A DNA stretch of 64,000 nt from Segatella copri (lineage in GTDB: Bacteria > Bacillota_I > Bacilli_A > Erysipelotrichales > Erysipelotrichaceae), in the NCBI GenBank assembly GCA_963654445.1, contig CAVKAP010000039.1:5208-69207 (forward strand). The letters are read 5' to 3'. Position numbers and translations under genes: made by a program. Under the pieces are notes generated by a model. It searched no databases, was not told where the DNA came from, and saw only the letters and a program-made list of their open reading frames with translations. Positions 30,491 through 39,812 of this stretch are shown here, one piece after another (the stretch's first letter is position 1; the number at the start of each line of letters is the position of its first letter).

Positions 30491-30543
30491 TTTATATCAT
30501 AGGGATAGATGAAAGTCAATTTAAAATTATCGTTTTATGATAA
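30491..30543 (-). promoter_or_regulatory. Sigma-A promoter (TTGACT-17-TATAAA) with TTATCATAAAACGATAA box 7 bp upstream of -35
   Basis: Third copy of the shared architecture. Confidence 0.7.
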
Positions 30544-30685
30544 TTGTTTATTTTATTTAATTAATCTATTTACGTATACCGTTATTCAATTCATTTTAGA
30601 ATTATAATCACTAGACAAAAAAGAGTCTTCGATACACTTGATGAATTTCTTTAGCTATATATTTTCTTCAAGATTCAGACTTCGA

Positions 30686-30714
30686 TTGACAAATAGCTAA
30701 ATTTCACTTAAAAT
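30686..30714 (+). promoter_or_regulatory. Near-consensus sigma-A promoter facing the 3' end of the Abi gene
   Basis: TTGACA (30686-30691), 17 bp, TAAAAT (30709-30714). Confidence 0.7.
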
Positions 30715-30720
30715 TCAAAT

Positions 30721-30778
30721 ATAAATTGACCTAGGGTCGGAAGAAAGGCTATACCAAATTGGTATAGCCTTTTTCTTT
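30721..30778 (+). ncRNA. Candidate small RNA of about 55-60 nt (putative antitoxin of the Abi protein)
   Basis: Bounded by the promoter above and a 13-bp perfect hairpin (30744-30772) with a T tract; contains mini-hairpin GACC-TAG-GGTC; no ORF. Confidence 0.55.
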
Positions 30779-31570
30779 ACTAAGATAATTAATCATTGAA
30801 ACAAACCTTTTCTTGTTCGTACTATCTCGTAACGCTTTTGTTTTTGGATTATAGAAACGAATTAATATTTCTAGACTATTACAATGCATTACACAATTAC
30901 GAACTGCAATCAAAGTGAACATTTTCACAATAAAATCAGGTGTTTTATCAACTCCAAAATCTATACCTTCTTTTTTACAATCTTTGAAGATTAAATCTTG
31001 CTCCTTATAATCTAAACCACAGAAAATAGTTAATATTTGACCTAACGACATTCTATCAAAGAAACAATATATATCATGATATTTAGAAACATTCATCTCC
31101 ATTTTCTTGATTTGATTATTCATATGTTCAATACGTTTCAAACTATACTTCTGATTTTTAGGAATCCTTAATCTAATCAAAGCTAAAAATTGATAAATAT
31201 CATTTTCTTCTTCAAATGTATAGGTAGTTAAAACTCGATATGAAAAAATCGATTTAAATATGGTTTCAAACGAAATAATGTTTTTCGATATAATAGGATA
31301 TTTTTTTCGTTCACTATTATACAATTCATAGTATTCACTAAATTCAACTTCTCTTTCGTATACATGATTTCCATTTTCTTTAATCACTTCTTTTTTCTTA
31401 TCTAATTTTGCAAATCGATGCTTATATGGGGAAATGATATTTATATAGTTATATCTAAATAATATTTCTTTTGCATCCTTTTCATTAATAATATTAAAGC
31501 GGATTCTTTTATTTTCTTTTAAATATTCAATTTGCTCCTCTATCGTTTTTGCGGGTTTATATACAATCAT
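30749..31570 (-). CDS. Abi_2 (AbiD/AbiF-like) HEPN RNase abortive-infection protein
   Basis: N-terminal KTIEEQIEYL...YNYINI, MSLGQ and HEPN R-x4-H motif RNCVMH; visibly more AT-rich than its neighbours. Confidence 0.8.
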   Translation of the reverse strand: MIVYKPAKTIEEQIEYLKENKRIRFNIINEKDAKEILFRYNYINIISPYKHRFAKLDKKKEVIKENGNHVYEREVEFSEYYELYNSERKKYPIISKNIISFETIFKSIFSYRVLTTYTFEEENDIYQFLALIRLRIPKNQKYSLKRIEHMNNQIKKMEMNVSKYHDIYCFFDRMSLGQILTIFCGLDYKEQDLIFKDCKKEGIDFGVDKTPDFIVKMFTLIAVRNCVMHCNSLEILIRFYNPKTKALRDSTNKKRFVSMINYLSKEKGYTNLV

Positions 31571-31816
31571 ATTGTCCTCCCAACTATTCCATCAAATCCA
31601 TATTTTGTCTTTCTACTTTAATTATATGAATGAACTCAAAATATTCATAAAATCATTAGAAACTTTACACCATATAAATAAGAAAATCACATACACACTT
31701 TTTGAAGAAAAATATTGCTTTGTAACAAGAGAAAAAGTTCACCTAATAAATATCAATGAGCTTGAAAGAGTCTTTATCGAACTTCACTATAGAGAAATAA
31801 CACAATAGAATGAGCA

Positions 31817-31843
31817 AATAGGAAGTGAAAATCACTTCCTATT
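31817..31843. terminator. Hairpin after the malic enzyme gene
   Basis: AATAGGAAGTGA-AAA-TCACTTCCTATT perfect 12-bp stem. Confidence 0.7.
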
Positions 31844-31860
31844 CTATTAACAAACAATCT

Positions 31861-33024
31861 TTATTTTCTTGTGACACCGGTTTTTACTGCTGCTTTGGCA
31901 ACCGCTTCGGCAACCACATCGGCAACATTTGGATCTAAGGCCGACACAATAATATGTTCCGCATCTAAAATATCATCAGTAATCATCGAGCTGATTGCAT
32001 AAACGGCTGCTTCCTTCATTGCATCATTAATGCAAGTAGCGCCTGCTTTTAAAGCCCCCTTAAAGATACCAGGGAAGGCCAATACATTGTTGATCTGATT
32101 TGGATGATCACTTCGTCCAGTTCCGACAATATAAGCCCCTGCTTCTTTGGCTTGATCGGGTTCAATTTCGGGAATTGGATTGGCCATTGGGAAAACAATC
32201 GCTTTTTCATTCATGGAAGCAATCATTTCTTTAGAAACAATGTGTCCAGCACTAACACCAATGAATACATCGGCTCCAACTAATGCATCCGCTAAGCTTC
32301 CTTGTACGTTTTCTTTATTTAATTGATCAATTAAGCTTCTTTGTCCACTGGTTAAATCCATATCGGCTTGTAGGATGCCTTGTCTATCCACTAAAATAAC
32401 ATTTCCTAATCCGATTTTTAAAATCAAGGTTGCAATCGCAACTCCAGCACTTCCTGCACCATTGATTACAATCGTTGGATTTTCTTTTCCGACTAATTTT
32501 AGGGCATTCACTAAAGCGGCACTGACGACAATAGCTGTTCCATGTTGATCATCATGAAAAACAGGTATGTTCATTTTTTCTTGTAGTCTTTTTTCTACCT
32601 CAAAACAACGTGGAGCGGCAATATCTTCTAGATTAATTCCCCCAAAGCTAGGCTCTAAACTAGAAATAATCTGAACGAGCTCATCGGTATCTTGGGTATT
32701 TAAACACAATGGAATGGCATCCACATCACCTAAGGCTTTAAATAAAACACATTTTCCTTCCATAACAGGCATTCCTGCTTCTGGACCAATATTTCCTAAG
32801 CCTAGAATGGCACTTCCATCACTGATGACGGCAACCGTATGTCCTCTTCCGGTATACACATAGCTATCTTCCGGATTTTCTTTGATTTCAAGACAAGGCG
32901 CCGCAACGCCTGGTGTATAAGCTAAAGATAAATCATCTCTTGTTTCAATTTTCATTTTAGGAACGGTTTCTAATTTTCCATTCCATTCTTTATGTAATCT
33001 CAATGCTTCTTTTGCGTAATCCAT
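31861..33024 (-). CDS. NAD(P)-dependent malic enzyme
   Basis: AYTPGVA, PVMEGK, INLEDI, FHDDQHGTAI, GAGSAG and NQINNVLAFPG. Confidence 0.95.
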   Translation of the reverse strand: MDYAKEALRLHKEWNGKLETVPKMKIETRDDLSLAYTPGVAAPCLEIKENPEDSYVYTGRGHTVAVISDGSAILGLGNIGPEAGMPVMEGKCVLFKALGDVDAIPLCLNTQDTDELVQIISSLEPSFGGINLEDIAAPRCFEVEKRLQEKMNIPVFHDDQHGTAIVVSAALVNALKLVGKENPTIVINGAGSAGVAIATLILKIGLGNVILVDRQGILQADMDLTSGQRSLIDQLNKENVQGSLADALVGADVFIGVSAGHIVSKEMIASMNEKAIVFPMANPIPEIEPDQAKEAGAYIVGTGRSDHPNQINNVLAFPGIFKGALKAGATCINDAMKEAAVYAISSMITDDILDAEHIIVSALDPNVADVVAEAVAKAAVKTGVTRK

Positions 33025-33033
33025 AAACCCTCC

Positions 33034-34401
33034 CTATACCATCTTTTCCGGTTGAATCGCTTGATCAAATTCTTCTTCGGTCATATAGCCTAATTGTACA
33101 ACCGCTTCTTTTAATGATTTGTTTTCTTTAAAGGCTAAATTTGAAGTCTGTGCTGCCTTTTCATAGCCTATAATTGGATTTAAAGCCGTTACCAACATCA
33201 AGGAATGATTCACGTTGTAATCCATTTTTTCCTTATTAGCCTTTAGACCTTGTAAACAATGATCCGTAAAGGATTCAATGGCATCGGTCAACAACTGACA
33301 GGATTGTAAAAAGTTATAGGCAATCACTGGCATAAAGACATTTAGTTCAAAATTTCCTTGGCTCGCTGAAATACCAATCGTTGTATCATTTCCCATGACC
33401 TGAACCGCAACCATCGTCAAAGCTTCACATTGGGTTGGATTGACCTTTCCTGGCATAATCGAGCTTCCTGGCTCATTGGCAGGAATGGAGATTTCACCCA
33501 ATCCTACACGAGGGCCACTGGCCATCCAACGCACATCATTGGCAATCTTCATTAAATCAGCTGCCAAAGCCTTTAAACCACCATGCACAAAGGTAATGGC
33601 ATCCTTTGCGGCAAGGGCATGAAATTTATTTTCTTCGGTAATAAATTGCTTATTGGTTAAATCGGAAATCACCTTTGCGACTTCCACATCAAAGCCTTTT
33701 GGTGCATTTAATCCAGTTCCAACAGCCGTACCACCTAAGGCTAATTCATGAATGCTTGGTAAAGATCTTTCTAAATACTCTTTACTTTTTATAACCATGG
33801 CTTTCCATCCACTGATTTCTTGCCAAAAGCCAATCGGAACCGCATCCTGAAGATGGGTACGTCCACTCTTAATAATGCCTTGATTTTCTTTTTCTAATTG
33901 ATTAAATACTTCGATCATATGATCCATAGCTGGAAACAATTGATCTTCAATCGCATAGACAGCCGCAATATGCAAAGCCGTTGGAAAGGTATCGTTACTG
34001 GATTGTGACATATTGATTGTGTCATTCGGATGTAAACAAACCTTGCCAGCCATCTCATTTCCACGATTTGCGATGACTTCATTCACATTCATATTGGATT
34101 GCGTTCCACTTCCTGTTTGCCAAACGGCTAAAGGAAAATGCTCATAAAGCTTTCCATCTAAAATTTCATCGCAGACCTGTTCAATATATGCACATCTTTC
34201 TTGATCTAATTTACCCAAATGTGCATTGGCAATCGCTGCCCCTTTTTTTAAAATCGCAAACGCATCCACAATTCCTTTGGGCATTTTTTCTTGTCCAATT
34301 TTAAAATTTTGATAACTCCGTTGTGTTTGAGCACCCCAATACTTATCGGCAGGTACCTTCATTTCACCCATAGAGTCATGTTCAATTCGATATTCACTCA
34401 T
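33034..34401 (-). CDS. fumC: Class II fumarate hydratase
   Basis: GSSIMPGKVNPTQCE, QTGSGT and SSNDTFPT. Confidence 0.96.
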   Translation of the reverse strand: MSEYRIEHDSMGEMKVPADKYWGAQTQRSYQNFKIGQEKMPKGIVDAFAILKKGAAIANAHLGKLDQERCAYIEQVCDEILDGKLYEHFPLAVWQTGSGTQSNMNVNEVIANRGNEMAGKVCLHPNDTINMSQSSNDTFPTALHIAAVYAIEDQLFPAMDHMIEVFNQLEKENQGIIKSGRTHLQDAVPIGFWQEISGWKAMVIKSKEYLERSLPSIHELALGGTAVGTGLNAPKGFDVEVAKVISDLTNKQFITEENKFHALAAKDAITFVHGGLKALAADLMKIANDVRWMASGPRVGLGEISIPANEPGSSIMPGKVNPTQCEALTMVAVQVMGNDTTIGISASQGNFELNVFMPVIAYNFLQSCQLLTDAIESFTDHCLQGLKANKEKMDYNVNHSLMLVTALNPIIGYEKAAQTSNLAFKENKSLKEAVVQLGYMTEEEFDQAIQPEKMV

Positions 34402-34447
34402 AGTTTTTCCTCATTTCTTAGAAATTATATCATAAAAAAACGAGTGT

Positions 34448-34717
34448 TTACTGCACACTCGCCTTCATCTTTTTCGTAATAAGCCAAATTCCAACGCCTA
34501 AAAGAATTGCACAAATTCCAAGTAAGCTATCATCCTTCCAATTGGAAAGCGTTGCTTGGAAATAAGCCGTCCCTTCTTCACCAAATCCAAAGAGAACATC
34601 CGCTGACCACATGATGGTTGCTCCCCATAAAATCAATGCCAAGGTTTTCGCACTTGAATTCGATTTAGCATAAAAGGATACCAATATAGCCGCTATTCCT
34701 ACTAAAAGAATGGTCAT
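34448..34717 (-). CDS. Small hypothetical membrane protein
   Basis: Three hydrophobic segments; ATGA-coupled to the upstream gene. Confidence 0.65.
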   Translation of the reverse strand: MTILLVGIAAILVSFYAKSNSSAKTLALILWGATIMWSADVLFGFGEEGTAYFQATLSNWKDDSLLGICAILLGVGIWLITKKMKASVQ

Positions 34718-35058
34718 GCTTCTTGTACCTTTCGACGATGATAAAGACTAGAAGCCCCAAGATAGACAAGCCATACTCCAGTTACGAAAAGAGCCATTGA
34801 TACACCTACCGTTTTCATTTCATTAAACATAGCGGCTGCATCCTTTGAATTATTCATCGCACTTAAGAATGGATACCATGGAACGATTTCACCATGCCAA
34901 ACATGTTCAAGAGCTAATAATGCACTTCCACCCCATAACATCGTATTTAAAGTATGTAATTTTTTTACGATGGGTTTAAATTCTTCTTTTTTATTTAATT
35001 TTTTTTCAATTGTAGTTGTTACCAATGCTTCCGTAACAGGTACTAAAAAACAAGCCAT
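34714..35058 (-). CDS. Small hypothetical membrane protein (MACFLVP...HVWHGE)
   Basis: GGAGG RBS; hydrophobic segments; EHVWHGE motif. Confidence 0.7.
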   Translation of the reverse strand: MACFLVPVTEALVTTTIEKKLNKKEEFKPIVKKLHTLNTMLWGGSALLALEHVWHGEIVPWYPFLSAMNNSKDAAAMFNEMKTVGVSMALFVTGVWLVYLGASSLYHRRKVQEA

Positions 35059-35146
35059 ATTAACCTCCAAATTTCACCTATGTTTATTTTACTCAAGATT
35101 TAAAATTCTTAAAATAGCTATCTTTTATCATTTGTATAAATAATCC

Positions 35147-36487
35147 TTATACCAGCTCTTTCCATACCGTCATAAACATCGTCAAAATACATAAAGTACC
35201 ACCTACAATATTTGAAATGGGTTCAGCCATAAAGACGCCATTACTTCCAAAATGAAAAAGTGAAGGCAACAAATAGGTTAAAGGGATGACAATGATTGCT
35301 TTTCTTAATAAAGAGAAAAAGATAGCATAGCCTCTTTTATTCAATGCTTTAAACATTGTTTGTCCACAATATTGAAAGACCATAAAGATAAAGGCAAAGA
35401 AATACAAATGTAAAGCAGAGATACCTTTGGATAAAATTTGGGCATCATTGGAAAAAATGGAAATAAAGAATGCTGGTACGCTTTCAATCGCAAGACAAAC
35501 CAAGCCAGCATAAACCAAGGTCATGATAAACATCACCTGAAAGGCTTTCTTTACACGTTTATTTTGCGCTGCGCCATAATTATAGGAGATAATTGAGCTT
35601 GCCCCATCTGTTAAAGCCCAAATTGGAATTTCAAGCATTTGACGCACACTAGAAACAATGGTCATGATGGAAATATAGAGATCTCCTCCATATTGCGATA
35701 AGACACTATTACAGCTCACTTGGACTAGACCATTGGTTAATTGCATGATAAAGCCAGATAAGCCTAAGGATAGAATATCTTTCACACGATAAAGATCTTT
35801 TATTGTACAAAGCTCCAACCGAATCTCAATGCTTTTCTTTCGTAAAAAGAAGAAGACAAATAAAGCCGATAAAAATTGAGAAATAATAGTAGCTAGAGCA
35901 GCTCCATTTACACCCATACCAAAGGCAAAAATAAACAATGGATCTAAAATCAAATTTGCTAAAGCACCAATTAATACCGTAATCATTCCCGCTCTAGGAT
36001 AGCCTTGGGCATTGATAAAAGGATTCATTCCAATGGTCATCATGGAAAAAATCGTTCCCAATAAATAGATACGTAAATAAGGCAAACAATACGGAAGCGT
36101 ATTTTTTGAAGCCCCAAATAGAATTAACATAGGACGTGCAAACACCTGTCCTAAAACGGTTAAAGCTATTGCGGTTACAATCAACAAATAAAAACAAGTA
36201 TTCATAATCCTTGAGGCATGAGTAAGCTCTTTTCTTCCTCTTTCAATCGCAAAAATAGGTCCACCACCACTCGCATATAAATTAGCGAATGCGGATAAAA
36301 TCGTAATCACTGGAAAACAAAGACCAACCGCACCTAAAGCTAGGGATCCCACGGTTGGTATTCGTCCAATATAAATACGATCCACAATGTTATAAAGAAG
36401 ATTTAATACCTGTGCTACTAACATTGGAATCGCGGTTTGAAAAATATTTTTAGTGATGCTTCCTTGACTAAAATCAATCTGTTTCAT
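35147..36487 (-). CDS. MATE family efflux transporter
   Basis: LYNIVDRIYIG and NLILDPLFIF; about 12 TM segments. Confidence 0.93.
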   Translation of the reverse strand: MKQIDFSQGSITKNIFQTAIPMLVAQVLNLLYNIVDRIYIGRIPTVGSLALGAVGLCFPVITILSAFANLYASGGGPIFAIERGRKELTHASRIMNTCFYLLIVTAIALTVLGQVFARPMLILFGASKNTLPYCLPYLRIYLLGTIFSMMTIGMNPFINAQGYPRAGMITVLIGALANLILDPLFIFAFGMGVNGAALATIISQFLSALFVFFFLRKKSIEIRLELCTIKDLYRVKDILSLGLSGFIMQLTNGLVQVSCNSVLSQYGGDLYISIMTIVSSVRQMLEIPIWALTDGASSIISYNYGAAQNKRVKKAFQVMFIMTLVYAGLVCLAIESVPAFFISIFSNDAQILSKGISALHLYFFAFIFMVFQYCGQTMFKALNKRGYAIFFSLLRKAIIVIPLTYLLPSLFHFGSNGVFMAEPISNIVGGTLCILTMFMTVWKELV

Positions 36488-36501
36488 GCCTAGATTATAG
36501 C

Positions 36502-37425
36502 TCAAATAATCATTTTTATCACGGAGGTATTTGCGTAAGTCAATGGATCATTATGTAAAAAGAACACAGTCGAATTAATCGGAGCATATAAGGTTTCAAG
36601 AATTTCTGCTTCATACGGATGTAAGATATTGGCCATCGGTTGTCCAATAAATACACGTTGTCCAGGTTTAACTAAAGGCTCAAAGATTCCAGATTTTTCC
36701 GTACGAACTGAAACCAAATCCGTATCCTTGACAATTTGTGATTTCATCACAAAAGGACGTGTATATTTAATCACATCAAGACTAGATAAAAAGTTCATTA
36801 CCGATAAGACCGCTTGTCCAGCTGAATTTTGATCGATTTGACTCGTTGTTGAGGTATACAAAGAAAAGGCCTTGGTATTCCAGCATTGCCAATTGTAATT
36901 CAGTGTCGTGGTATCATATGGACGCACCTGTCTTAAGACCACATAAGGAAAACCAAATTGTTTGGCAAGCTCAACATCTTCATTTCCTAAATCCATCATA
37001 CGAATATGTGGCACAAAATCCCCTGGTGTATAAAAAGAAGTCAATTGAATTCCATACTCATATTCAGAAACCACATCAAAGACACCCTGGGCAATCCGTT
37101 GGGTCGTTTCTCCTAGATCATAGCCTGGAAACATACGATTGATATCAGTATTATCCGTCGACCAGAATCTTTTTTTAATATTGATGGAATAGGGATTTAA
37201 GCTTGGAATAATTAAGATTGAATGATCCTTTTGAATTCTTCCTTCTTCTTCTAATTGTTTAAACTTTTTAATTAATAAGGATGCGGTAAACAAGGGCTGT
37301 ATTTCATTTCCACGACAGGCCCCAACAATACAAAGCGTTTTCTTTCCTTGTCCAAATTCATAAGCCGTAACACGGAAATCATCTCGGTACATCCCTTTTA
37401 GTTCAAAAATTACTTTTTTATTCAT
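36502..37425 (-). CDS. M14 / succinylglutamate desuccinylase-like protein with degenerate Zn ligands
   Basis: DINRMFPG present, but GACRGNE replaces HGxE; C-terminal biotinyl-like domain. Confidence 0.75.
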   Translation of the reverse strand: MNKKVIFELKGMYRDDFRVTAYEFGQGKKTLCIVGACRGNEIQPLFTASLLIKKFKQLEEEGRIQKDHSILIIPSLNPYSINIKKRFWSTDNTDINRMFPGYDLGETTQRIAQGVFDVVSEYEYGIQLTSFYTPGDFVPHIRMMDLGNEDVELAKQFGFPYVVLRQVRPYDTTTLNYNWQCWNTKAFSLYTSTTSQIDQNSAGQAVLSVMNFLSSLDVIKYTRPFVMKSQIVKDTDLVSVRTEKSGIFEPLVKPGQRVFIGQPMANILHPYEAEILETLYAPINSTVFFLHNDPLTYANTSVIKMII

Positions 37426-38368
37426 ATTGACACGCCTCTTCTTTTAACACCCGTCCAATGAGGGATCCTTCATCTACAATCGGATACTCTCGAATGGTAA
37501 ATAATAAACCATCGACTGGTGCACAAATTTCATCTAAACAATCCGAGGTCAATGGATCAACAACATGTCCAATGACTTCTCCTTTTTTAAGCATTCTTCC
37601 ATGTTCCGCTTTTGGAATAAATAAACCACTGACTTTGGCATTCAAATAATAGACATCATCGGAATGATTTGAAATCATAGGCTGACGTACCTTCACATTT
37701 GAACTAGAAAGAATGCCTAATTCATCCATCAATTGAAAAATACCTTCAACCAATTGATCGCCATAGGCTTTGGTTATACGCATACCAACCCCCATTTCAA
37801 CCACCAAGGTTGGTGTACCAATCGCATTCAAGCTATACGCAAAGGTCGATTCTAAGACCGTACTGGATTCATGAACCCAAATCAAATCCACATTAGCTTG
37901 TTTCGCTAAAGGTAAGAGCTGTTTTTCATGTTGTTCATTGATTCGAATTTGCGGAATTTCCGTTAAATAAATGTTACTAGCATGAATATCCAATACACAG
38001 TCAGAGCCAGCTACATCATTCAATATTTCCGCTGCTAAATATTCCGTCATATTCCCATCAATATTTCCTGGAAATAGACGATTCATGTCTAAATCAAAGG
38101 CTGGGATTCCTCGCGTAATGGAATCAATGCCTAAAGGGTTCATTGCCGGATAAATATCTACAATTCCTTTTAGCTCATCTTCTCTTTCCTTTAATCGTCT
38201 TTGTAGCTCATAACAAACATATTGTCCTTCCAATTCATCACCATGAATGCCGGTCACAATACTGATTCTTTTCATCTTTCCTTGATTTTCCTTGGGAAGA
38301 TATCGATTTTTCTTTATACGTAAAACCTCATCAACTGGAAGTCCTACGGAAACTACTTTTTCAATCAT
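37418..38368 (-). CDS. M14 / succinylglutamate desuccinylase-aspartoacylase family peptidase
   Basis: GIHGDE, DMNRLFPG, LDIHAS and VVEMG. Confidence 0.88.
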   Translation of the reverse strand: MIEKVVSVGLPVDEVLRIKKNRYLPKENQGKMKRISIVTGIHGDELEGQYVCYELQRRLKEREDELKGIVDIYPAMNPLGIDSITRGIPAFDLDMNRLFPGNIDGNMTEYLAAEILNDVAGSDCVLDIHASNIYLTEIPQIRINEQHEKQLLPLAKQANVDLIWVHESSTVLESTFAYSLNAIGTPTLVVEMGVGMRITKAYGDQLVEGIFQLMDELGILSSSNVKVRQPMISNHSDDVYYLNAKVSGLFIPKAEHGRMLKKGEVIGHVVDPLTSDCLDEICAPVDGLLFTIREYPIVDEGSLIGRVLKEEACQYE

Positions 38369-39150
38369 ACTTTACCTCTCGCATATACAAATACGGATAC
38401 ATCTTGTTTTTGTTGGCCCCCTCCATACATAATGCCTCGATTGATTTCGCAATCACTGGCATCTCGGCCATGACCAAGCTTAATATGCTCTTGTTGAACC
38501 AAACAATTATTCGTAGGATCAAAGCCAATCCAATAGCCATCAATACAAACCTCAACCCAGGCATGACTTGCCCCTTCTCCAATTAAAAAACCACAAACAT
38601 AGCGTGCTGGAATGCCAAAGAAGCGCAATAAGGTAATATAAATGTGCGCATAATCCTGACAAACCCCCATTCCCTGTTGCCAGGCTTCTTCGGCATTGGT
38701 TTCAATTTGCGTTGTCGATGGACAATATTGAAAAATAGCATAGAGCTTATGCATTAAAAATAACGCTTTTTCATAATCAGTCGAAAAATCACTGAGATTC
38801 AAACAATTCGCATAGTGTCTTAAGGTCGACCCCATTTGACACTTACCATATGGAACCTTATAAAGTCCAAGCTCTTTTGCCTTTTCTTCATACGCAATAG
38901 ACTGAATTTCTACATCCCCTTCAATATGATAGAGAAAGCTTTGATGCTCTTCTTGAATGCTTCCATAAATCTTTTGATTTCCAAATGAATCATAACCTTC
39001 CATATATGAAACATCTGGATCCATTTCAATTTTATATCTTAGAAGATTTTGCCTACAATCCTCTCTTGGTATCCCCTTAATAGTAAAAAAACATTTTGTG
39101 ACGGGTAAGGAATAGTGAATATTCATTTTATAGTCAAAATGAAGTTGCAC
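38365..39150 (-). CDS. Transglutaminase-like protein
   Basis: GVCQDYAH, ARYVCG, SHAWVEV, GFDPTN and GRD (Cys-His-Asp triad). Confidence 0.92.
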   Translation of the reverse strand: MQLHFDYKMNIHYSLPVTKCFFTIKGIPREDCRQNLLRYKIEMDPDVSYMEGYDSFGNQKIYGSIQEEHQSFLYHIEGDVEIQSIAYEEKAKELGLYKVPYGKCQMGSTLRHYANCLNLSDFSTDYEKALFLMHKLYAIFQYCPSTTQIETNAEEAWQQGMGVCQDYAHIYITLLRFFGIPARYVCGFLIGEGASHAWVEVCIDGYWIGFDPTNNCLVQQEHIKLGHGRDASDCEINRGIMYGGGQQKQDVSVFVYARGKV

Positions 39151-39812
39151 TATAAGATGTCCTCTACATCTCTTACCATTTGATAGTAATCCAGACTTTC
39201 TTTTTCTACATCGTCTTGAATCCTTTGTAAATTCTCTTGATTATAAGGAATTCCACTCTTTTCCACTCTTGGAATTAAACGATGTACTTCACGTAACAAT
39301 TCCTTCTTCCCTACCCCAAGTCGTGCATATAAATCAATCCGTTCAATTCGCTTGCCCGCTTTAATAATATTTCGGATTTGTTCTGAATCAATTTGATCAT
39401 CAACAATTCCCCAAAAAGCCAATAAGTCATCTAGGACATACTGCATTTCAAATAAAGGAGCCGCACTTTCTTTAGCCTTATTCATGGAATAAATGGCCAA
39501 TTGAATATAAGATAAAGTCTCACTTCCAATTAATTCTCGCAATACGATTGCATTGTCATAGGCTCTTGTTAAATTACTTAAAATGGAATCTGGATTGCTT
39601 TCATCAAAGGGATATCTTTCTAAGAAATCCTCTTTTGATTGATAGATATTTGGAATATCGACCGATTGACAAAAAATTTCATAGCTTTGTTCATTGACAT
39701 CAATCATGGCATCAAAGCTTTTAAAAAAACATTGAATGGTTGTATAAACCCTTTCTGTATATCGTCCTAACCAATACAATTGATTGGATTGTGCTATCGA
39801 GATAATACCCAT
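39150..39812 (-). CDS. Alpha-E domain protein
   Basis: LYWLGRYTERV, RAYDNA...RE and GKRIERID (ER motifs). Confidence 0.88.
   Translation of the reverse strand: MGIISIAQSNQLYWLGRYTERVYTTIQCFFKSFDAMIDVNEQSYEIFCQSVDIPNIYQSKEDFLERYPFDESNPDSILSNLTRAYDNAIVLRELIGSETLSYIQLAIYSMNKAKESAAPLFEMQYVLDDLLAFWGIVDDQIDSEQIRNIIKAGKRIERIDLYARLGVGKKELLREVHRLIPRVEKSGIPYNQENLQRIQDDVEKESLDYYQMVRDVEDIL

Noticed and set aside
31572..31808. 78-aa plus-strand ORF upstream of the Abi gene as a protein antitoxin
   Set aside because: TTG start overlapping the Abi RBS region, no SD and no recognisable motif; probably a chance ORF in AT-rich DNA
35147..36487. MATE as exporter for the ATP-grasp product
   Set aside because: It appears to have its own leaderless promoter; adjacency alone is insufficient
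38361..38582. 73-aa minus-strand ORF
   Set aside because: Lies almost entirely inside the transglutaminase gene in another frame
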